Counted from the stretch's first letter, positions 21,952 to 31,765 are shown. The stretch: 64,000 bases of DNA from Candidatus Krumholzibacteriota bacterium (GCA_963806035.1 CAWDWO010000039.1:1-64000), one strand, 5' to 3'. Notes: a model not told the origin generated them from the letters alone. Made by a program: numbers and translations.

Positions 21952-24735
21952 TCACGATTTGTCCTTTAGCAGCGCCTTGAAACGGGCATTCTCACGCAGC
22001 GGATCATACTCGGGTGAACTCTTCATCAATGCCACCGAAGTGATATTCTGCGGCTTGCTCAGCAGATCTTCGAGGGTCGAAACTGCCTTGTCTGTCTCAC
22101 CCACCCAGGCGTAGATCAGAGCGAGATCGCGCAGGCGGTAAGTCTTGCTCCAGACATCGAGCCGGGCGGGAAGCATGACCAGGGCCTTCTCACCCTCCTT
22201 GATGGCCTCTTCCTTCTCTCCCAAACCCGCGAGGGCCAGGCCGAGGGCGCTATGGAGATTGGCCGTCTCGGGCAGCGTCTGGATCTTCTGGCGCAGAAGA
22301 TCACGGGCACTTTGGAACTCAGCTCTCGCCTTCTCCTGCTGGTCCATCGCGCGATAAACCAGGCCTCGGTCCAGGGGACCGCAATTGGCGCTGAACTGAG
22401 CGCTGGTGAAGTCGGGTAGCTGCTTGGCCAGGGCGAGTGCTTCCACGTAGTCGCGCGCATGATAGGAGATCCCAAAGTCGAAGAAACGCGTCTCGTCGAT
22501 CTGTCGCTGGGGACAAGCATCGAAGTCCTTCCTGGCTTGCGCGAAATCCCCCTGAAGCATGGAGGACCAGGATTTGTCCAGGTAGAGTCCGGTGCTGCTC
22601 GGGTCGAGACCAATCCCCTTGACGAAGTACTCGTCGGCCTCCTTGTTTCGTCCCAGAATCTGTAGCGTTTCGCCGAGGTCGAAGTAGGGGGTAGCGCTCT
22701 TGGGAGAAAGTTCCTGCACGCGGCGGAAGTTTTCCAGCGCGTCCTCGAAGCGGCCCTGGCGTCGGCGGATGTAGCCGATGACCGAGATGATCTCCGCGTC
22801 CTGAGGACGGCTTTTCGTGGCCTGATTGAAGGCGGCGAGAGCTGGTTCGTAGTCCTTCAGACCCCAGTAGTAGTAGAAGCCACGTGCGATGTACGAGTCC
22901 GGGGAGTCTGGAGCGAGTAGGAAAGCCTTGTCCACCGCGGCCTTGGACCGGGCCAGGCGCTCCTCGGAGCGGTCCCAGCCGAAGTGCACGAAGCCCGCAT
23001 TGACCTTGCCGAGCTCGGCCCAGGCCAGCTGAAACTGTGGATCGAGTTCGACCGCGCGCTGAAGCAGCCGCAGACCCTCGTTCCAGGGCTCGCTCATGAA
23101 TACGACGCGATCCTCGAGCAGCTCCCAGGCGCGCAGATAGGCGTGGTAGGCGTCCATGTTCTCGGTGGGCACCGAGGCCAGCGCGCTCTCATCCTTCTTC
23201 AAGAGGGTCACGTCGAGCTTGCGCACCACCGCTTCGGCGATCTCGCTCTGCACCTTGAACACTTCGTTCATGGCGCGATCGTAATTCTCGGCCCACAGGT
23301 AGGAGTCATCCTTGGCCTTGATGAGCTGCGGGGAGATCCGCACTCGATTCGCGCCGTCGCTCGACCGCTCCCAACGCACGCTGCCTTCCAGCACGTAGTC
23401 GATTCCCAGATCCTGAGCCACCTGGCTCATGGTCTTTCCGCTGCGATCGTACTGTTGGGCGCTGGTGCGCGAGATCACCGAGAGGCCCTGGACTCCCGCC
23501 AAGCGGGTGGTGATCTCGTCGGTCATTCCCGCCGCGAAGTACTCATCGTCGGCCGAGCCGAGATTTTCGAAGGGGAAGACCACGATGGTGGGCTTGTGCG
23601 CGGCCGCTTCAGGGGATGCGGCGGTCGATGCGGATTCTGCTCCACCAGGGGTCGACTCTGATGAAGCGCTGCGACGCGACTGCATCCAGACCACGGCCAG
23701 AGCGACGATGACGAGCACTCCGATCGCGGAGAACCACAGAGTGCGTCCGCGCGAAGAAGCAGCGGAACCCGGAGCCAGAGATGGGGTGGAGATTCCCGAG
23801 GCGCTGCTCGGCTCGGCAAAAGTCGGAGTCGATTGCTGTGGATTGGTCGAAGGGGTTTCCCTAGGAGAGACGTGTTCACCCGAGAGCACTTCGTCGCGCA
23901 GGATCTCCAGATCGTAGCGCAGTCCGCGAGCCGATTCGTAACGACGTTCGGGGTTCTTCTCCAGACAGCGCCGGATGATGCGGCTGAGCTGGCGGGGGAG
24001 AGTGGGTTTGATGGTGGAGATGGGTGCGGGGTCATCGCGCAGGACCGAGCTGATGGTCGAGATGCTGGTTTCGCCGGTGAAGGGGCGCGTCCCCGTGATC
24101 ATCTGATAAAAGATGATGCCCAGCGAGAAGACGTCGCTGCGCGCGTCCACCGCCTTCCCCTCCGCCTGTTCGGGAGACATGTAGGCCGCGGTGCCCAAGA
24201 TGTTGCCTTCGCGGGTCATGTCCTTGCCGACGGCCAGCGTTGCATCCGACCCCTCGAAGGACTCCTCGAGGAGTTTCGCCAGACCGAAGTCGAGGACTTT
24301 CACGCGTCCACTCGCGTCGAGCATGATGTTCTCGGGCTTGAGATCGCGATGAGTGATGCCCTTCGCGTGGGCCGCGCTCACCGCCTCCGCCATGGGGATG
24401 GCCAGCTCAAAAAATTCGCGCAGGGGAATTCCGTCCTGACGCATCTGCTCGCGGAGAGTGGTTCCCTCCACCAGTTCCATGACCAACAGGAGTTGGTTCT
24501 CGACCTCTTCCACCGAGTGGATGGTCACCACGTTGGGATGGTTGAGAGCGGCGATCGCGCGCGCCTCGCGCTCGAAGCGGGCCCTTCGGTGTGGATCCTT
24601 GGCGAAATCCGGGGGCAAGACCTTCAGGGCGACTTCACGGCCCAACCTGGTGTCACGGGCCCGGTAAACGCTTCCCATGCCTCCTTGACCCAGGAGCGCC
24701 AATATCTCGTAATGGGAGATGGTCTTACCGATCAA
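21952..24735 (-). CDS. Ser/Thr protein kinase with TM, TolB-N-like domain and TPR repeats
   Basis: Kinase motifs (LGQGGMG, HRDLKPEN, DFGLAK); IVVFPFENL...VISRTS...VLEGSVR; TPR-like helices. Confidence 0.92.
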   Translation of the reverse strand: MIGKTISHYEILALLGQGGMGSVYRARDTRLGREVALKVLPPDFAKDPHRRARFEREARAIAALNHPNVVTIHSVEEVENQLLLVMELVEGTTLREQMRQDGIPLREFFELAIPMAEAVSAAHAKGITHRDLKPENIMLDASGRVKVLDFGLAKLLEESFEGSDATLAVGKDMTREGNILGTAAYMSPEQAEGKAVDARSDVFSLGIIFYQMITGTRPFTGETSISTISSVLRDDPAPISTIKPTLPRQLSRIIRRCLEKNPERRYESARGLRYDLEILRDEVLSGEHVSPRETPSTNPQQSTPTFAEPSSASGISTPSLAPGSAASSRGRTLWFSAIGVLVIVALAVVWMQSRRSASSESTPGGAESASTAASPEAAAHKPTIVVFPFENLGSADDEYFAAGMTDEITTRLAGVQGLSVISRTSAQQYDRSGKTMSQVAQDLGIDYVLEGSVRWERSSDGANRVRISPQLIKAKDDSYLWAENYDRAMNEVFKVQSEIAEAVVRKLDVTLLKKDESALASVPTENMDAYHAYLRAWELLEDRVVFMSEPWNEGLRLLQRAVELDPQFQLAWAELGKVNAGFVHFGWDRSEERLARSKAAVDKAFLLAPDSPDSYIARGFYYYWGLKDYEPALAAFNQATKSRPQDAEIISVIGYIRRRQGRFEDALENFRRVQELSPKSATPYFDLGETLQILGRNKEADEYFVKGIGLDPSSTGLYLDKSWSSMLQGDFAQARKDFDACPQRQIDETRFFDFGISYHARDYVEALALAKQLPDFTSAQFSANCGPLDRGLVYRAMDQQEKARAEFQSARDLLRQKIQTLPETANLHSALGLALAGLGEKEEAIKEGEKALVMLPARLDVWSKTYRLRDLALIYAWVGETDKAVSTLEDLLSKPQNITSVALMKSSPEYDPLRENARFKALLKDKS

Positions 24736-24865
24736 TGGAGTATCTTCTCGGATAGGGGAGAGAGTATCCTAGACGCTTCTGCTCGCAGGGGCAATCCTTT
24801 GCGGCGTCCGCTCTCCGGGAGTTTCGACTCGACCTCTCCTGAGGGATGAAGCAGGAGGTCCACTG

Positions 24866-25501
24866 ATGTCACGCAGAACACTCTTGGATCTGGGTTGGGT
24901 GGTCGCCCTGGCCGTGGCATTGGGTGCGCTGGGAGCCACGAGAACCGAGGCTCCACGGGGTCAGCTGCCGATGTCCATCGCGAAGAGCGACACCGTGGTG
25001 GACAACCCCCAAACCTGGCCGGTCGTCTTCAGCCGCGTGCTCAGGGTGGCGCCGGGGGCGGCGCGCCAGATCACCCTGGATTGGGATGGTCTCAAGGCGC
25101 GGCAGTTCTACCTGCGATTGGATGCAGTCGGGCCCTTCGATGCCACGCTCGTTCGCGAACACGACGGCTCGAGACTCTTCGACGGTCACATGGAGTCGCA
25201 TTACGAAACTCTCGTTCCCTGGGGCAAAGGGGAAGCCGCCGACTTGAGCCTCAGCGTCCACAAGGCCCATCGCGTCGAGGATGAAGACCAGGCGCTCTAC
25301 GTCACTTTGAGCCTGGCGAGAGACGAGGACGAAATGGGGCTTGCCATCTACTCCTTCCACGTGAACCGCTTCTTGTGGCTGTACCGCCGTCACGAGCTGG
25401 TCGCCGCCAGACGAGCCCTGGACAAGGCCTTGATGGAAGATCCCCGAGACAGTCTGGCTCTGGCCCTGCGCGAGCGTCTTTCCCGACAGATGGAAAAGTA
25501 G
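24866..25501 (+). CDS. Hypothetical exported protein with a C-terminal TPR-like helix pair
   Basis: AGGAGG RBS, hydrophobic N-terminus, first gene of an apparent 3-gene operon. Confidence 0.65.
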   Translation: MSRRTLLDLGWVVALAVALGALGATRTEAPRGQLPMSIAKSDTVVDNPQTWPVVFSRVLRVAPGAARQITLDWDGLKARQFYLRLDAVGPFDATLVREHDGSRLFDGHMESHYETLVPWGKGEAADLSLSVHKAHRVEDEDQALYVTLSLARDEDEMGLAIYSFHVNRFLWLYRRHELVAARRALDKALMEDPRDSLALALRERLSRQMEK

Positions 25502-25509
25502 CGCCGGCG

Positions 25510-26316
25510 ATGCGACGTCTTTTGAGAGAACCCCTCCTTCAGTTCCTGGTGCTCGGCCTGCTTCTCTATGCGGCACAACTCGCGTTGCGGCCCGGCCCGC
25601 AACGCAAAGTGGTGCTCTCGCAAAAGGAGTTGAAGGAAAGGGTACAGAAGAAAGAGAAAACTCTGGGCCGCCCTCTCAGGGAGGCGGAGCTCACCGCACT
25701 CCGCGATGAGTACACCGACGAGTTGATCCTCTTGCACGAAGCCAAGCTGATGAAGCTGGATCAGAGCGATGACGAAGTGCGCGCGCGCTTGATCCACTTG
25801 GCGAGAATGCGCCTGGACGAGGTCGTGCCGGAGCCGAACCGCCAACAGCTGGAAGTCTATTTTCAGCAACATTCTTCGGAGTACCGCATGGGCGCGTGGG
25901 TCAGTTTCGATCAGGTCTTCTTCGCGCCCGGATCCAGCGCAACCCCCGCAAATCCAGATTCGTTTCGGGCGCTGTTGGCCGCTGGGAAGGACCTCACTGG
26001 CCTGGGCGAGCCCGATCCCATCCTGAACGATCACGCCCGCGAACTGACGCGTTCGCAACTGCGGTCTCTCTTTGGCTCCTCCTTCGCCGACACCGTCTTC
26101 GCACTCCCCGACTCGCTTTGGAGCGGACCTCTCAGCTCCACCCGCGGCACGCACTACCTACGGGTGATCGAGCACCATCCGGCTCCCATGCCGCGCTTCG
26201 AGGACCTGCAGGCCTATCTACGCAAGGACTGGAAGGCCATGAAGCACCGCGAGATCCAGGATCAGAAGCTCGAGGAACTGCGGCGCGAATACACCATCGT
26301 GAAAGAGAAGGATTGA
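25510..26316 (+). CDS. Parvulin/PpiC-type peptidyl-prolyl isomerase domain protein
   Basis: REPLLQFLVLG N-anchor, SFDQVFF, FGSSFADTVF, WSGPLSSTRGTH. Confidence 0.8.
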   Translation: MRRLLREPLLQFLVLGLLLYAAQLALRPGPQRKVVLSQKELKERVQKKEKTLGRPLREAELTALRDEYTDELILLHEAKLMKLDQSDDEVRARLIHLARMRLDEVVPEPNRQQLEVYFQQHSSEYRMGAWVSFDQVFFAPGSSATPANPDSFRALLAAGKDLTGLGEPDPILNDHARELTRSQLRSLFGSSFADTVFALPDSLWSGPLSSTRGTHYLRVIEHHPAPMPRFEDLQAYLRKDWKAMKHREIQDQKLEELRREYTIVKEKD

Positions 26317-26324
26317 GTTTGCCG

Positions 26325-28112
26325 ATGCAGCCAATTCTCGGCGCCGCTTCCGCTGCTCTCGCCACCCCGCTCTTCTGGCTTTTGGCGCTGGCAATCGCGC
26401 TGTCCGGCAGCGACCGCCGCGTCCTCGTCGGCCTCGTTGCCTTCAGTGCGGGACACGCCCTCGCTCTGGTGGGCGCCGATCTGGGACTGCGGCTCCCCTC
26501 GGCTTCCTTCGCGTCGGTATGGATCGCCGCGGCCTGTGTCGTGGTCTTCTCCTCGCGGGTGCGCACCCGCGAGCCGGAGCGGGGATTTGCTGCCACTTTT
26601 CTCGCGGTGGGCGCTCTCTCCGGACTCCCCGCGTCGTCTCCTGCTGTGCCCCAGGATGCACTGGTCTCGCTCTTCACTGCCAACCTGGGCTCGGGCCTGG
26701 CGGTCTGGGTTGTGACTCTGGGAGTTTTGGGAGCGCGAGCGAGCCTTGGGCGCATGGGGCCGCGCTCCCGGGCGCACTCGAATGCAGTGCCCGCGGCTCC
26801 GTCCCACCCCGGCAGGTCTTGGACGCCCTGGGGGATTTTCCTCCTGGGAGTGCTCAGCGTCATCCTCGGGGCGAACGCATTTCGAGCGTCGCTTTCTCCC
26901 CCGGAGATGAAACCCGCGTCCATCTTTTCCACTGCGGCGGAGGCGGCGGCCATCCAGCGTCGCAGCGCCTCCGTGCCGCTCTTTCAACGACTCGACGAAC
27001 CCGCGGTGGCATTTCTCACTCTCGAGCCGGCTCAACTGCGCGTGGAGATTCTGGTGCGCGCGAAAGATTTGCACTCGTGGCTGGGAAAAGAGTTTTCTTT
27101 CGGCGCCACCATCGCCCCCGCGCAGCAAGAGCAAGTTCTGCAGCAGCTCACGCAACGCGTCGAAAATGGATTCGTGCTCACCCTCGATGCTCGAGAACTG
27201 AAGCCCAGCTCGACGAAGGCAGAGTTCGTGAGCATCGATCCCAGCGGGATTCTGAGTCGTCCCGAGCCTGTCGTGGAAAGCGTCGCCGACGCGCGCATCG
27301 GTCTGAAGTGGAGCTACGACTTCGTGAGCGCTCCGAAGACACTGGGTTTCCGCTGGCAACTCTTCGCTGAGGGGCTGCAACACCTGTCCATCAACGCCAC
27401 CACTCCTTGGGGAAACTCGCAGGCGGTGCTCAGTCCCAGCGCACCGGTCTATCGACTGCAGCTGGATTCGGCTCGCCTCGCGTTGCCGCGCAGGGAGCTG
27501 GTCCGGGTGAGGCCACGCTCTTGGCCAGTGGCTTCGGCCCTGCTCGCTCTCTTCGCCGGCACCCTGATCCTCTTGCGTAAGTTTAGTAAATACAAAGAAT
27601 TGAAGCAGAGGCCCTGGGCCTGGATCATCGCTCTCAGCCTGATTCTGGCCTACGGGCTCTACCCTTTCGCCAGGGTTCAAGCCCAGGTGTTGCCCGCGCG
27701 CCTGGACACGACGCAGGCTCGGGTGGTTCTGGGGAGTCTGCTGCGCAATCTGTACCACTCCTTCGATCTCCACGGTGAGAGCGCGATTTACGATCGACTG
27801 GCCGACAGTGTCCAAGGAGATCAACTCGAGGAGATCTACCTGGCGAACCGGCGGGCGCTCGAGCTGCAAAAGCGTGGCGGCGCGCGCGCCCACGTCGACG
27901 CGGTGAGGATCTTGAACATCGCTTCGGTGAAATCACTGGGGGAGGGGCGCGTTCAGATCGATGCGTCATGGAGCATCTCGGGTTCGGTGAACCACTTCGG
28001 CCACACTCATTACCGTCAGAACCGCAATCATGCTCTCATCGAACTCGCTGCGGTCGAGGGAGTGTGGAAGATCACGAAGATCACGGTGCTCGACGAAGAG
28101 AGGGTGCTCTAG
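26325..28112 (+). CDS. Membrane protein with degenerate HupE/UreJ-like N-terminus and large extracytoplasmic domains
   Basis: AFSAGHALAL resembles the HupE AFTxxH motif; C-terminal GSVNHFGHTHYRQN; start uncertain. Confidence 0.65.
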   Translation: MQPILGAASAALATPLFWLLALAIALSGSDRRVLVGLVAFSAGHALALVGADLGLRLPSASFASVWIAAACVVVFSSRVRTREPERGFAATFLAVGALSGLPASSPAVPQDALVSLFTANLGSGLAVWVVTLGVLGARASLGRMGPRSRAHSNAVPAAPSHPGRSWTPWGIFLLGVLSVILGANAFRASLSPPEMKPASIFSTAAEAAAIQRRSASVPLFQRLDEPAVAFLTLEPAQLRVEILVRAKDLHSWLGKEFSFGATIAPAQQEQVLQQLTQRVENGFVLTLDARELKPSSTKAEFVSIDPSGILSRPEPVVESVADARIGLKWSYDFVSAPKTLGFRWQLFAEGLQHLSINATTPWGNSQAVLSPSAPVYRLQLDSARLALPRRELVRVRPRSWPVASALLALFAGTLILLRKFSKYKELKQRPWAWIIALSLILAYGLYPFARVQAQVLPARLDTTQARVVLGSLLRNLYHSFDLHGESAIYDRLADSVQGDQLEEIYLANRRALELQKRGGARAHVDAVRILNIASVKSLGEGRVQIDASWSISGSVNHFGHTHYRQNRNHALIELAAVEGVWKITKITVLDEERVL

Positions 28113-28140
28113 CCGCGGGCCTTCGCTTTCGCCCAAACGA

Positions 28141-28170
28141 AAGTGGCCATGTCAAAGGACATGGCCACTT
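28141..28170. terminator. Bidirectional terminator hairpin
   Basis: Perfect 13-bp stem AAGTGGCCATGTC-aaag-GACATGGCCACTT between convergent genes. Confidence 0.8.
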
Positions 28171-28203
28171 CTGTCGGAGGGAACATCTTCGTGGGGATTC
28201 GGC

Positions 28204-28326
28204 TCAACCCTGGCGGTTGAAGTGAGTCCGCACCATGAGCTCCTTGAGCCCTTGCTGCTTCTTCACTTCGGGCGCTTTGTAAATCCTCCGCTTGGGGGAA
28301 GGGCTGGCCGCCTGCTGATCCTTCAT
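28204..28326 (-). CDS. 40-aa peptide with RiPP-leader-like YxxPxV motif
   Basis: MKDQQAASPSPKRRIYKAPEVKKQQGLKELMVRTHFNRQG; AAGGA RBS 9 nt before ATG; terminator right after the stop. Confidence 0.6.
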   Translation of the reverse strand: MKDQQAASPSPKRRIYKAPEVKKQQGLKELMVRTHFNRQG

Positions 28327-28558
28327 CGTTGTGAGTCCTTGCTGACGTGGGGCGTGGCGAGGCTCTCTTAGAGACTCGCGGGGACGGAAAAAGCCTAGCA
28401 GATCTTTGCGCCTCGACTCAAGCACCTCTCTCGCGCTTTTTTTCACCCTCCGCGATACGGAGTTTTGGGCCGTTTTGAGACCCAGCCCGCCATGGATCGT
28501 GGCCCGCCGAGCGCGAGTCGCGCCCGGCCCGCCTCGGACGAACGGGATCCTCAGAAAC

Positions 28559-29809
28559 TCAGTGGGAAAACTCGCTCCCGAAATGCCGGTGATAGATGAG
28601 GGCCATGAAAGTGGCCACGCCCAGAACGAAACCGGCGAGGAGGAAGGGAGCGCCAGGGTTGAAGTACTCGAAGGCCGCCGCGCCCACCATCGGTCCCACG
28701 ACTCGGGCCAGACTTCCCATGGACTGATTCAGGCCGAGGAAGGCTCCCTGCCGGTCGGGGGGCGTGGTGCGACTCAGTAAACTGTTCAGACTGGGGTTGT
28801 TTACACCGAAGCCAAAGGGCATCAGTACGCAGGCCGCCAGGACGAAGTGCCAGGTGGAAGCAATTCCGATCAAGGTCATGGCAATCCCCAGCGCCAAAGG
28901 CCCGAAGATGATGAGCTTGGTCTCCCCGAAGCGCGGCACCAGACGGCGGATGAGCCCACCCTGCACCAGGGCTGCCATGAGTCCGATGAAGAACATGTAA
29001 CGTCCGGCGATGGGAGCCGAAGCCATGATCTGATCCATGGTCGCCTTGCCCACGCTGGTATCCATGCCGAAGCTCTGGGGAAAGCGCGCCAGTCCGAATC
29101 GGATGAACATGGATTCGAATCCGGAGAAACTCAAGATCGCCAAGAAGTAGAGCAGAATGACCACGCCGATGCGCGGCTGACGCAAGGCATCGCTTACGGT
29201 CTCGAAACCGAAAATGCGCGTCACGCGATTGGGCGCGTGCGTCTTGGGCTCGATCAACAGGCGGAAGCCAACGAACGCAGCCACGAGGCTCAGGCCGGCG
29301 GCCACGAAGCCGGGGACGCCCATTCCCACTCCAACCAGCTCTCCGCCGATCAGCGGTCCGAAAGTGAAGCCGAGGCCAAACGCGGCGCCGATGAGTCCCA
29401 TACCCTTGGCGCGGTTCTCCGGAGTAGTGATGTCGGCGATGTAGGCCTGCGCGGTGGGCACGTTGGCGCCGAAGAATCCGGCCAGGAGCCGTGAGGCAAA
29501 GAGCATGGGCATGCCGCGAGCCAGCCCGAAGAGGACGTAGGCCGCGGAGGTCCCCAAAAGTCCACCGATGAGAATCGGACGCCGACCGAAACGGTCGGAG
29601 AGCCGCCCCCAAAAGGGCGCGAAGATGAGCTGCATCGCGGAGAAGGATGCGAAGAGCAAGCCGAGCGAAATCTCGTCGGCTCCATAAGCTTCGCTGTAGA
29701 TGGGCAGGAGCGGAATGACGATGCCGAATCCCAAGAGGTCGATGAAGACGGTGAGAACCACCGCTAACAGGGCGCCCCTCTGACTCGGATTCTTCGCGAC
29801 ATCGTTCAT
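28559..29809 (-). CDS. MFS transporter, TetA-like drug:H+ antiporter
   Basis: DLLGFGIVIPLLP, GRLSDRFGRRP motif A, GLGFTFGPLIGG motif C. Confidence 0.92.
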   Translation of the reverse strand: MNDVAKNPSQRGALLAVVLTVFIDLLGFGIVIPLLPIYSEAYGADEISLGLLFASFSAMQLIFAPFWGRLSDRFGRRPILIGGLLGTSAAYVLFGLARGMPMLFASRLLAGFFGANVPTAQAYIADITTPENRAKGMGLIGAAFGLGFTFGPLIGGELVGVGMGVPGFVAAGLSLVAAFVGFRLLIEPKTHAPNRVTRIFGFETVSDALRQPRIGVVILLYFLAILSFSGFESMFIRFGLARFPQSFGMDTSVGKATMDQIMASAPIAGRYMFFIGLMAALVQGGLIRRLVPRFGETKLIIFGPLALGIAMTLIGIASTWHFVLAACVLMPFGFGVNNPSLNSLLSRTTPPDRQGAFLGLNQSMGSLARVVGPMVGAAAFEYFNPGAPFLLAGFVLGVATFMALIYHRHFGSEFSH

Positions 29810-29972
29810 GGAGCGGGCACGATAACAAAGAAATCTCGGTTTCGCCGGTTCTTTTCCCTTCAGGATGGACGACGGATGCCCCGGTCTTGACACCCACGTC
29901 CAGCTGTGCACCCTTGCCCCAGGGCCACCGCGCGAACTCCCACCTCGCGGTGGGCTCGAAAGGGGTTTCAGG

Positions 29973-30275
29973 GTGAAGAAAGTCGTCTTGTCCGTGCTCG
30001 CGATGATCCTGTTCTCGCTGGTGCTCTTTGCCTGCGCGAAACAGTCGCTCCCCGAACCCGAAAGCCAGGGGGCCAAGCTCTACGTGAAGTACTGCTCGGC
30101 GTCGGGGTGTCACGACGCCATCCCTCCCCAGGAATCCTCCTTCCCCTACTGGCGCAATCAGTACGCGCGCTGGAGCGGAAATCTCAAACAGAAGGGCATG
30201 GCCTATCCCTCGCCCCAGGAAGACGAGATCATCCTGGCCTACCTGAAGAAGCACGCCCGCAAATCGAACTACTGA
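29973..30275 (+). CDS. Small c-type cytochrome lipoprotein (CX4CH)
   Basis: Lipobox LFAC; GAKLYVKYCSASGCH; C-terminal ILAYL helix. Confidence 0.7.
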   Translation: MKKVVLSVLAMILFSLVLFACAKQSLPEPESQGAKLYVKYCSASGCHDAIPPQESSFPYWRNQYARWSGNLKQKGMAYPSPQEDEIILAYLKKHARKSNY

Positions 30276-30482
30276 GAGCCAAAAAGAGTTCTCATCCCTG
30301 GGCCCCCGTTTCGTGAAAAGCGGACCTTTGAGTCCTCTCTTGCGGAGGACGGCTTCTTGTGCCAGCGTGTGAGTGGGCTTGGGCGAAGCGGAGTGGCAAA
30401 AGGATCTGAACGGGCGCATCGCCTTCCCTGTGACTGGCACCCCGGACATCACCCAAGCCCCGCATCTGCTGCATCCCGCCGC

Positions 30483-30510
30483 TTGCGCGCGGCGGAATGC
30501 TGATTAGAAT
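30483..30510 (+). promoter_or_regulatory. Probable ssrA promoter
   Basis: TTGCGC-16 nt-TAGAAT just upstream of tmRNA. Confidence 0.55.
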
Positions 30511-30521
30511 GCGAGAGCCAA

Positions 30522-30877
30522 GGGGGCGAAGGGTTTCGACGGGAGCGGTTGGGCCCCGGATGGCGTGCCGACCATCTCATCAATGTCGTTAAAGTGGTGG
30601 GAAAACAATAACTGACGAGCCTATGGCTCTTGCTGCCTAACTAAAGAGGTAGCCGTTCGCCGCGGATCGGGTCTCCGGGATCTGCGATGCGGGCGTCATA
30701 CACCGGGGACTGGGCGTGGACCCGTCGTCTCAGGGAAAGCGTCGAGAACCAATGGGACTGGCGTCGCGCGGATCTCGTTCCCAGAGTTACGCGACGCGAG
30801 ATAATCTGGGAACTACGCACGTAGAGGTCCGTGGTCGTCGTTTTCGGACGCGGGTTCGATTCCCGCCGCCTCCACCA
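30522..30877 (+). ncRNA. ssrA: Transfer-messenger RNA
   Basis: 5' GGGGGCGAA...TTCGAC; 3' GGGTTCGATTCCCGCCGCCTCCACCA; internal tag ORF (A)DEPMALAA* at 30614-30640. Confidence 0.96.
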
Positions 30878-30924
30878 ACTTTCCCGCCGGGGGGGTCCCC
30901 CGGACAAGCGCCGCGCAATCGATC

Positions 30925-31614
30925 ATGCCCACCGACCTTCGGAATCGTCTCGCCAGCGTGCGTGAGCGCGTGGCCCAGGCCTGTGCTCGCGCGCAGCGGG
31001 ACCCCGAAGATATCGAGATCCTCGCGGTCACGAAGACTCACCCACCGGAAACTCTCCTTCAGGCCGTGCACGAGGGCCTTCACGATCTGGGCGAGAACCG
31101 CGTTCAGGAGGCGCTTCCCAAGATCGCGAAACTTCCCTCCTCGGTGCGCGTTCATCTCATTGGCCGTTTGCAGAGCAACAAGGTGAGCAAGGCGGTCGGG
31201 GCCTTTGCCTCCATCGAATCGGTGGACCGGCTCGAACTTCTGCAGAAGATCGCGCGCCGGGCCGCGGCGCTTCAAATCGTGCAAACGATCTGGATCGAAG
31301 TGGACATCGCCGAGGAGGAGCAGAAGGGGGGCTGCCCCATCGGGGAACTCGCCGAGTTGTGGGAGAGGGGTCTGCAAGAAAGTTCTCTGCAAGTGGTGGG
31401 GCTTATGGGTATGGTGCGGCTGAGCGACGACGAAAGAGCGGCGCGGGTCCGCTTCGCCCGCTTGCGCCGCCTGGCCGAGGACCTGAGACGCGAGGATGGC
31501 GCACCGGTCCGGCTCTCGATGGGAATGAGCCGCGACTTCGAATGGGCGGTGGAGGAGGGCAGCCACCAGATTCGTCTGGGAAGCGTCCTCTTTGGGCCGC
31601 GACGCCCGCGCTGA
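30925..31614 (+). CDS. yggS: PLP homeostasis protein, YggS family
   Basis: LAVTKT, GENRVQE, HLIGRLQSNK, LSMGMSRDF, IRLGSVLFG. Confidence 0.95.
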   Translation: MPTDLRNRLASVRERVAQACARAQRDPEDIEILAVTKTHPPETLLQAVHEGLHDLGENRVQEALPKIAKLPSSVRVHLIGRLQSNKVSKAVGAFASIESVDRLELLQKIARRAAALQIVQTIWIEVDIAEEEQKGGCPIGELAELWERGLQESSLQVVGLMGMVRLSDDERAARVRFARLRRLAEDLRREDGAPVRLSMGMSRDFEWAVEEGSHQIRLGSVLFGPRRPR

Positions 31615-31765
31615 GCCTTCCCGCTGCATCACCCGCCTCGGGCCTTCGGCTGCCAGGAAACTGGGCACCAGCGGTCCCGGGACGGTCAGGAGGGGGAACT
31701 GAGCGTACGGTCACGCTCCGCGCGGCGGCGAGATCGAGCCGCCTGAGCGCGGAAAGGAGTTTGGC

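Noticed and set aside
28551..30452. 633-aa Arg/Pro-rich minus-strand ORF
   Set aside because: Alternative frame over the MFS and cytochrome genes; composition typical of off-frame GC-rich DNA
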